DNA of 32,000 bases, from NCBI GenBank assembly GCA_002841355.1, contig PHFB01000002.1:275414-307413 (forward strand), in the 5' to 3' direction. Below, piece after piece: positions 26,024-32,000 of the stretch (the stretch's first letter is position 1; every line of letters starts with the position of its first letter). The stretch comes from Actinobacteria bacterium HGW-Actinobacteria-1 (lineage in GTDB: Bacteria; Actinomycetota; Coriobacteriia; Anaerosomatales; Anaerosomataceae). Under the pieces are notes generated by a model. That model did not search any database. It was not told where the DNA came from and was given only the letters and a program-made list of their open reading frames with translations. The position numbers and the translations under genes were made by a program.

Positions 26024-26941
26024 CTACTGCGCGAGTCGCGTCGCGACTTCCGTCGCCGCTTCCTCGAGAGCGTCGACCACCGCCGAGACAAGCGGCGCCG
26101 TGCGCGATCCCTTGCGGATGGCGATGAAGATGCGCCGCTTGATCGGGCTCCCGGCCAGTGGCTGCAGCGCGAGCCCCGGGAGGCCGTGGATGTCTGCGAT
26201 CGCGGGCAGCAGCGCAACCCCGAGGCCCGCCGCAACCGCTGACGCCAGCACGCGGAAGTCGTTCGTCTCGAACTCGATGTGCGGCTCGAAACCGGCGGCG
26301 TTGGCAGCGCGGATCACGCAATCGCGACAGAAGGTGGCGTCTCGGCCAACGATCCAGTGCTCGTGGGAGAGGTCCGAGAGGAGCACCGGAGCCCCCGCGA
26401 GCGGGTGGTTCGCCGGCAGCGCGGCATACATCGGCTCGACGAGGACGTCGATGCGCTCCAGGCCCGGGTCCGAGTACGAGGGCATCGTGGTGTACTCGTG
26501 GCTGAGGACGACATCGAGGTCGCCGACCTTGAGCGCGGGCATCGCCTCATGCGGCTCGAGGTCGTTGGCGAGCACGGCAAGGTCGGGGTGCTGGACGCGA
26601 AGCGCCGCGAGCGCGGGCACGAGGATCGCCTGCGCTGCCGAGGGGAATGCCGAGACGCGTACGTCGCCCACGACGCCCTCCGCGAGCGCCTCAAGGTCCG
26701 AGACGGCCGCCTCGCAATCGGCGAGGATTCGCTCGGCATGTGAGACGAGACGCACGCCGGCCTGGGTGAGCCGCACGCTTCGTGGCGTGCGCTCGAGGAG
26801 TCGCTGCCCCACTTCGCGCTCGAGTGACGACATCTGCTGCGACACAGCGGATGGCGTGAGCCAGAGCGCATCAGCTGCGGCCGCGATGCTCCCGCGGGAT
26901 GCGATTTCTCGAAGTGTCTTGAGGTGTGTTGGATTCAGCAT
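26024..26941 (-). CDS. LysR family transcriptional regulator
   Basis: MLNPTHLKTLREIASRGSIAAAADALWLTPSAVSQQMSSLEREVGQRLLER plus a substrate-binding domain. Paralogous to the LysR at 5003-5938. Confidence 0.93.
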   Translation of the reverse strand: MLNPTHLKTLREIASRGSIAAAADALWLTPSAVSQQMSSLEREVGQRLLERTPRSVRLTQAGVRLVSHAERILADCEAAVSDLEALAEGVVGDVRVSAFPSAAQAILVPALAALRVQHPDLAVLANDLEPHEAMPALKVGDLDVVLSHEYTTMPSYSDPGLERIDVLVEPMYAALPANHPLAGAPVLLSDLSHEHWIVGRDATFCRDCVIRAANAAGFEPHIEFETNDFRVLASAVAAGLGVALLPAIADIHGLPGLALQPLAGSPIKRRIFIAIRKGSRTAPLVSAVVDALEEAATEVATRLAQ

Positions 26942-26950
26942 AAGGGCACC

Positions 26951-26975
26951 TTACGCTGAGAAACTCAAAGCGTAA
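26951..26975. promoter_or_regulatory. Candidate LysR-type binding site in the divergent promoter
   Basis: TTACGCT-gagaaactcaa-AGCGTAA. Perfect 7-bp arms with an 11-bp spacer between divergent lysR and the EamA gene. Confidence 0.65.
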
Positions 26976-27011
26976 ATAGACCTGATGCTCGAAGTGCGTC
27001 AGGATGCGTGC

Positions 27012-27944
27012 ATGGAACATCTCGACAGACAGACACGCATCCGCGCACTCGCCGCGCTCGCAACGGCGGTTGTGATGTGGGCGTCGGCATTCATCGCCAT
27101 TCGCATCGCGGTGCGGTCGTATTCGCCCGTCGATCTCTCGGCGATGCGCATTGGGATAGCTGCGGTGCTTCTGGGAGGCGTCGCGATCGTTCGCGGACTC
27201 AAGATGCCGAGCGCGAAGGATCTCGGCGTGCTGGTGTTCCTCGGCCTCACCGGGCAGGCGCTCTACCAGGTGCTGCTCAATACCGGCGAGCTCTCGGTCG
27301 ATGCGGGGACCGCCAGCCTGCTAATCGCGATCGCGCCGGTCCTCGCCTCGCTCATGGCGGTGCTCTTCCTTGGTGAGCGGCTGACCAGGGCCGGCTGGGT
27401 CGGCACCGGCATCGCGTTCGCGGGGGCGGCGACGATCGCGCTCGGCGGTCACGCCGCGGCGCCGCAGATTGGCCGAGGCACGCTGCTCGTGCTGGGTGCG
27501 ACAGGCGTGTGGGCGCTCTTCCTCGTCGTGCAGAAGACGGTCGCTTCGCGCAACGGCAGCCTGGAACTCACCGCCATCCCGATGGGTGTGGGCGCGCTAG
27601 CGCTAGCGCCGTTCGCCCGCACGCTCCCCGCCAGCATCGCTGCCGCGCCTCTCTCGGCGACGCTTGCGGTGCTCTTTCTCGGCTGCTTCTCCTCGGTCAT
27701 CGGATTCCTGGCGTGGGCGTACGCGATCCAGCGACTCAGAGTGGTGATGGCGCTGAGCGCGCTGTACACCGTGCCGGTCGTGGCGCTCTTCATCGGCTGG
27801 GCCGTGTTGCGCGAGGTGCCGGCTCCGATCGCGCTGCTGGGCGGAGCAATCGCCCTGGGCGGTGTGGTCCTGACGGGGCTGAGAGGGCACCCCGCCGGAG
27901 GAGACAGGGTGCCCATGGAACGCGCCGAAGATGTGCCGGCCTAG
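27012..27944 (+). CDS. EamA/DMT family transporter
   Basis: VMWASAFIAIRIAVRSYSPVDLSAMRIGIAAV...FLGERLTRAGWVGTGIAFAG...LSALYTVPVVALFIGWAVLREVPAPIALLGGAIALGGV. 10-TM DMT pattern. Confidence 0.93.
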   Translation: MEHLDRQTRIRALAALATAVVMWASAFIAIRIAVRSYSPVDLSAMRIGIAAVLLGGVAIVRGLKMPSAKDLGVLVFLGLTGQALYQVLLNTGELSVDAGTASLLIAIAPVLASLMAVLFLGERLTRAGWVGTGIAFAGAATIALGGHAAAPQIGRGTLLVLGATGVWALFLVVQKTVASRNGSLELTAIPMGVGALALAPFARTLPASIAAAPLSATLAVLFLGCFSSVIGFLAWAYAIQRLRVVMALSALYTVPVVALFIGWAVLREVPAPIALLGGAIALGGVVLTGLRGHPAGGDRVPMERAEDVPA

Positions 27945-28297
27945 ATCTCAGAGCCGCTGAGCGGACTCACGCCTCGGCGATGACCTCCTCCGGGGCTTGT
28001 CCCGTCGGTCGCGTGGCAACCGTACGAGCTGCATCCGGTTCGCGGACACGTCTGTAGCTGTGTGCTACCTGTGCCGGTGCCTGTGGATGTTCCAGCCGAG
28101 CCGGACGAGGTCGCATGACAGCTGACTGCTGTGCACCCCGTGCGTGGGCAGGCAAGCGTCGTGCTCGACGTCGTCGACGCTGCGGAGGCGGCGGTGACCG
28201 ACGAGACGTTCACGTTGGATACCACGGCGAACACCGCGATCCCGGTGAGCACCATGGCGAGAAGCACCAGGATCGTGTTCTCCAGCATCCGTGACAT
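27941..28297 (-). CDS. Small exported Cys/His-rich protein with two CPRTGCxxxxCHAT repeats (CX4CH motifs)
   Basis: MSRMLENTILVLLAMVLTGIAVFAVVSNVNVSS...TLACPRTGCTAVSCHATSSG...QTCPRTGCSSYGCHATDG. Confidence 0.65.
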   Translation of the reverse strand: MSRMLENTILVLLAMVLTGIAVFAVVSNVNVSSVTAASAASTTSSTTLACPRTGCTAVSCHATSSGSAGTSTGTGTGSTQLQTCPRTGCSSYGCHATDGTSPGGGHRRGVSPLSGSEI

Positions 28298-28310
28298 GTG
28301 CTTCTCCTCT

Positions 28311-28820
28311 CTACTTGTGAGTCTGCGTGTGAGTCGTCCGGACGGGCACAGCGGTGCGTGCGGCGACGTCGGGAGTGACGCGTCGGAGCATGTCGCGAGC
28401 GACACGCAGCACCCAGCGCCAGTGCAGTGCGAAGTGCGCGAGCATGAGCACGACCACTGCGCGGGCGGAGAACGCATGCGCAACGTGCCACGACACGCTC
28501 GGCACGATCGTCACACCAAACGCCGAGGCGATCGCCTGGGACACCATCATGCCGCTCAGCATCACCGTCACGGTTGCCACGAAGAGTGCGATGTCGACGA
28601 CGAGGTTCGCGCGCGACATCGTGCGCATCGTACGCACGAATCGGACGATCGTGTGCACGACCCAGTCCCAGTTGACCGCAAGATGCACCACAGTCGGGAC
28701 GAAGATCGCGAGGCTGAGCCATTCGTGGACCGAGATGCCGGTGGCTGTGGGGAAGAACGCGACAAGTATCGCCACGAAGAGCCCAAGGTCGAGTGCGAGT
28801 CTGGCTTTGTTGGTCAGCAT
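28311..28820 (-). CDS. DUF4405-like cytochrome b-type membrane protein
   Basis: LSLAIFVPTVVHLAVNWDWVVHTIVRF...WHVAHAFSARAVVVLMLAHFALHWRWVLRVARDML. Four hydrophobic segments with paired His residues. Confidence 0.7.
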   Translation of the reverse strand: MLTNKARLALDLGLFVAILVAFFPTATGISVHEWLSLAIFVPTVVHLAVNWDWVVHTIVRFVRTMRTMSRANLVVDIALFVATVTVMLSGMMVSQAIASAFGVTIVPSVSWHVAHAFSARAVVVLMLAHFALHWRWVLRVARDMLRRVTPDVAARTAVPVRTTHTQTHK

Positions 28821-28829
28821 GGGTGCTGT

Positions 28830-29315
28830 CTACTTCTTCACCAGGATCGCCTGCGCGGTCACGACGTTGTCCGCGCTTGGCTCGGAGAACACCAGGATCG
28901 AGGATCCGGCGGCCATGGTGCCCGCGCCTTCCTCGTACCCGATGACCGTGCTGTCATCGATGTAGATCGTCTGCGAGTTGGTGCCGACCTTGACCGTGAT
29001 GGTGTCGGTCGCAACCTCGATGACGTCGCCGGTCACAAGCCCGCCACCGCCACCGCGCGGGCCGACAGTGCCGCTAGCTGCCTGTGAGCCCATCTGCTCC
29101 TGGAAGTACGCCTGCCGCTCGGTGTCGGTCATAGAGTCGAGCTTGGCACGCTCCTCGTCGGTCATGTTAGCCATGGGGCCGCCCGCGCCACGGGTTCCTC
29201 CGGGACCGATCGCTGTGGTGCTGCTCTTCGCGAAGCACGTTCCGCCGAAGAACGCGGCTCCGATCAGGAGTACGACGACGACTCCGAGGATGATGTTCCT
29301 TTTCACCTGCATCAC
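28830..29315 (-). CDS. Exported hypothetical protein adjacent to the MacB-like exporter
   Basis: N-terminal TM/signal MQVKRNIILGVVVVLLIGAAFFGG, TDEERAKLDSMTDTERQAYFQEQM, and C-terminal beta domain GDVIEVATDTITVKVGTNSQTIYIDDSTVIGYEE. Confidence 0.65.
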   Translation of the reverse strand: MMQVKRNIILGVVVVLLIGAAFFGGTCFAKSSTTAIGPGGTRGAGGPMANMTDEERAKLDSMTDTERQAYFQEQMGSQAASGTVGPRGGGGGLVTGDVIEVATDTITVKVGTNSQTIYIDDSTVIGYEEGAGTMAAGSSILVFSEPSADNVVTAQAILVKK

Positions 29316-29357
29316 TCCGTTCTTGTCGAGCGACCACGACGGGTCGCGTTTGGGGTC

Positions 29358-30581
29358 TTACTGGTATCTGAGCGCCTCGATCGGGCTCATTGCAGCCGCC
29401 CGACGTGCGGGGTAGTAGCCGAAGACCACGCCGATGACCGCGCAGACACCCACGGCCAGGCCGATGGAGTTGAGCGACACGATTGCCTGCGTACTGAGGA
29501 GGTTCGCCGCGACCGCAGCGATCGCCCATCCCGTGAGGATGCCGATGACGCCGCCGAGCAGTGTGAGCACGATCGACTCGGCAAGGAACTGGGACGAGAT
29601 GACGTTGTCATCCGCTCCGATCGCCTTGCGCAGTCCGATCTCGCGGGTGCGTTCCGTGACGGTGGTGAGCATCATGTTCATGATGCCGATGCCGCCGACG
29701 AGCAGTGAGATGCTGGCGATCGCCGCAAGCAGCGTTGTGAACGTGCCGGTCACGGTCGAGACGGTCTCCAGCATGTCGGCCATGTTCTGGATGCGGAAGT
29801 CAGCGGCCGTGGAGTCGGTTATCCCGTGACGTGCAAGCAGCGTGTCGGTCACAAAGCCTTCGGCGGCATCCATCTGCGTGTCGTCGGAAACGGTGAGCGT
29901 GATTCCGGAGAGCGAATCGCTGCCGCTCACATACCGCTGCTGCGTCGAGAGTGGGATCAGTGCCGAGGAGTCCACGTTCGTCATCCCGGAGGTGCCCTTC
30001 TCGGCGAGTACGCCCACGACGGTGAGGAGCATATTGCCCGAGCGGATCGTCTTGCCGATGGGGTCGATGTCGGTGCCGTACAGGTCCTCGGCCAGCGTGG
30101 CGCCGAGCACGACGACCTGGCCGTATTTCTCGTCATCGCGTGCGGTGATGAACGCGCCGGATGCGACCTCGAGGTTCTTCACGGTCTGGTAGTCGGCGGT
30201 CACGCCGAGGAGCGTGGCGCTTGCGTTGGTCTCACCTGCTACCAGCTGGCCCTGGCCGGAGGACTCAGGTGCCACGCCGCTTATCAGGTCGATCTGGGCG
30301 AGCGCCGCGGCGTCTTCACGCGTTAGTGACTGCACAGCGGAGTCGGACATGCGTACTCCCGGGCCGCCAAAACCGCGAGCCGAGGAGCTCACGCTCAGGA
30401 TGTTGGAGCCGGCGGCCTCGATGCTGCTCTCGATCGAGGCCTGGCTGCCTGTGCCGATCGCCAGCATGGCGATGACGGAGGCGATGCCCACGACGATACC
30501 CAGGATCGTGAGACCGCTGCGCACCTTGTTGGAGGTGAGGGAGTGGAAGGTCTCGGAGATGAGGTCGGCGAATCGCATCAC
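29358..30581 (-). CDS. MacB-like ABC transporter permease
   Basis: MRFADLISETFHSLTSNKVRSGLTILGIVVGIASVIAMLAIGTGSQASIE...LLVGGIGIMNMMLTTVTERTREIGLRKAIGADD. Confidence 0.95.
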   Translation of the reverse strand: MMRFADLISETFHSLTSNKVRSGLTILGIVVGIASVIAMLAIGTGSQASIESSIEAAGSNILSVSSSARGFGGPGVRMSDSAVQSLTREDAAALAQIDLISGVAPESSGQGQLVAGETNASATLLGVTADYQTVKNLEVASGAFITARDDEKYGQVVVLGATLAEDLYGTDIDPIGKTIRSGNMLLTVVGVLAEKGTSGMTNVDSSALIPLSTQQRYVSGSDSLSGITLTVSDDTQMDAAEGFVTDTLLARHGITDSTAADFRIQNMADMLETVSTVTGTFTTLLAAIASISLLVGGIGIMNMMLTTVTERTREIGLRKAIGADDNVISSQFLAESIVLTLLGGVIGILTGWAIAAVAANLLSTQAIVSLNSIGLAVGVCAVIGVVFGYYPARRAAAMSPIEALRYQ

Positions 30582-31318
30582 GCACCACCGTTCCCGTACT
30601 GGCGGATGTTCGCATCGGCGCTTGTCGCGTCACCGGCGATGAGCCCGTCCTGGATGCGGATGACGCGCTTCGCCTGGCTGGCTATGTCAGGCTCGTGCGT
30701 GATGAGCACGATCGTCCGCCCCTCGGCATTGAGTGTCCGGAAGAGGTCCATGACGGCGTCGCCGGTGGCGGTGTCGAGGTTGCCGGTGGGCTCGTCTGCG
30801 AGGATCAGCGACGGGTCGTTCACGAGCGAGCGCGCGATCGCGACCCGCTGCATCTGGCCGCCGGAGAGTTCGTTGGACTTGTGCGTCCAGAGATCCTCGT
30901 CGAGGCCTACCGATCGCAGTGCCGCTGCCGCGCGATCCTCGCGTTCGGACGGATCCACCTGCGTGTACAGCATCGGCATGATCACGTTGCGCATCACACT
31001 CGCGCGGGGGAGCAGGTTGAATGCCTGGAACACGAAGCCGACGGTCTCCCGGCGAACCTCGGCCAGCTCGTGGGCATCGAGTTGCGCGACGTCGCGTCCG
31101 GCGAGCCGGTACGTCCCGGTCGTGGGGACATCGAGGCAGCCGAGGATATGCATGAGCGTCGACTTCCCGGACCCCGACGGCCCCATGATGGCGGTGAACT
31201 CGCCGGCATCGATGGTGAGGGAAACGCCTCGCAGCGCCTGCGTCTCGGCACCTGCGCCGTCGTAGGTCTTGGTGAGGTCGTGCGCTTCGATGACTGCGCT
31301 AGTCACGCGGACCGCCAC
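30578..31318 (-). CDS. MacB/LolD-type ABC transporter ATP-binding protein
   Basis: IMGPSGSGKSTLMHILGCLDVPTTG, LSGGQMQRVAIARSL, ILADEPTGNLDT. ATGA overlap with the permease. Confidence 0.96.
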   Translation of the reverse strand: MAVRVTSAVIEAHDLTKTYDGAGAETQALRGVSLTIDAGEFTAIMGPSGSGKSTLMHILGCLDVPTTGTYRLAGRDVAQLDAHELAEVRRETVGFVFQAFNLLPRASVMRNVIMPMLYTQVDPSEREDRAAAALRSVGLDEDLWTHKSNELSGGQMQRVAIARSLVNDPSLILADEPTGNLDTATGDAVMDLFRTLNAEGRTIVLITHEPDIASQAKRVIRIQDGLIAGDATSADANIRQYGNGGA

Positions 31319-32000
31319 CCATGCCGCCCATCATGAAACCGCCGCCCGAGCTTGTCGTGCTCGACGTCGCGGAGCTCGATGCGGTGACGACCACGTCGCC
31401 CTCGACGATGCCCGAGAGGATCTGCGTCTGGGTGGCGCTGGCCTCGCCGGTTTCGACGACGACTTTCTGAGGCACGCCGTTCGCGTCAAGCGTCTGCACG
31501 TAGTAGCCGCCGTTACCGTCGGACTTCACTGCGGCGTTGGGGACCAGCAGCGCGTCCTTCACGACGTTCGTGACGATGGTGGCCGATGAGGACATGGCGG
31601 AGCGCAGGCGCTCATCGGCCACGTCGATTGACAGCCACACGTCGAACGTGACAACCCCCGACGAACTCGTCCCGGCGTCCGAGATCTCGTACACCTTGCC
31701 GGTCGCGGTGACGTCGGGGAGCGCGTCGAAGGCGATGTCCGCGCGCTGCCCCACCTTGAGGGAGGGCAGATCGACTTCATTGACGGTGAGATGCACGGCC
31801 AACGGCTGCTTCGGCGCGATCACGATCGGCGCGCTCGAAGAGGTGGACGCCGTGGAGTTCGCGCCCGTCACTCCCGCGTTCGAGCTGCCGCTCGACGTGC
31901 TACCGCTAGAGGTTGCGACGGCGTCGCCCACTTCGATGTTGAGCTCATAGATCACACCGGACGCTGGCGCTTTGACCACGAGATCGCTCTCGGCGCCCTT
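31299..32000 (-). CDS. HlyD/MacA-like efflux periplasmic adaptor, 5' part beyond window end
   Basis: VVKAPASGVIYELNIEVGDAVATSSG...LAVHLTVNEVDLPSLKVGQRADIAFDALPDVTATGKVYEIS...GIVEGDVVVT. Reading frame open to 32000. Confidence 0.85.
   Translation of the reverse strand, partial: KGAESDLVVKAPASGVIYELNIEVGDAVATSSGSTSSGSSNAGVTGANSTASTSSSAPIVIAPKQPLAVHLTVNEVDLPSLKVGQRADIAFDALPDVTATGKVYEISDAGTSSSGVVTFDVWLSIDVADERLRSAMSSSATIVTNVVKDALLVPNAAVKSDGNGGYYVQTLDANGVPQKVVVETGEASATQTQILSGIVEGDVVVTASSSATSSTTSSGGGFMMGGMGGGPRD

Noticed and set aside
1-32000. CRISPR arrays, tRNA/rRNA genes, transposases, phage genes
   Set aside because: No regularly spaced repeats, no tRNA T-loop/acceptor pairing, and no integrase or transposase motifs were seen when scanning by eye.

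Overview
This 32 kb window has high GC and actinobacterial/Coriobacteriia-like gene content (the taxonomy is inference). It is densely packed with protein-coding genes. I found no rRNA, tRNA, CRISPR array or transposase. Two loci stand out. (1) Near the left end there are two in-frame UGA codons at conserved cysteine positions. One is in a NifQ-like protein (291..695): the UGA replaces the first Cys of the C-x4-C-x2-C-x5-C motif, and the rest of the motif is intact just after the apparent stop. The other is in MsrA (2054..2740), where GCFWG reads G-UGA-FWG, followed immediately by a strong SECIS-like hairpin. The MsrA case fits a known selenoprotein class. A selenocysteine NifQ is, to my knowledge, undescribed. 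(2) A minus-strand gene cluster, tetR-hgcA-hgcB-AbrB-like (HgcAB-associated)-arsM-MBL (19719 down to 15660), carries the diagnostic HgcA motif NVWCAAGKG and the HgcB ferredoxin motifs. This indicates a candidate mercury-methylation locus coupled to an arsenite-methyltransferase-like gene. Other genes encode a LOR/SDH (TIGR00300-like) protein, MsrB, a PAS histidine kinase, two LysR regulators, a GerMN lipoprotein, an ApgM-like phosphoglycerate mutase, flavin reductase, an RsgA with an extra N-terminal domain, a LolD/FtsX-type ABC exporter, YhgE/Pip, a TfoX-N protein, a GGDEF protein, an EamA transporter, a DUF4405-like membrane protein next to a small CX4CH-repeat protein, and a MacAB-like exporter. 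Several dyads and hairpins are identified as candidate operators and terminators.
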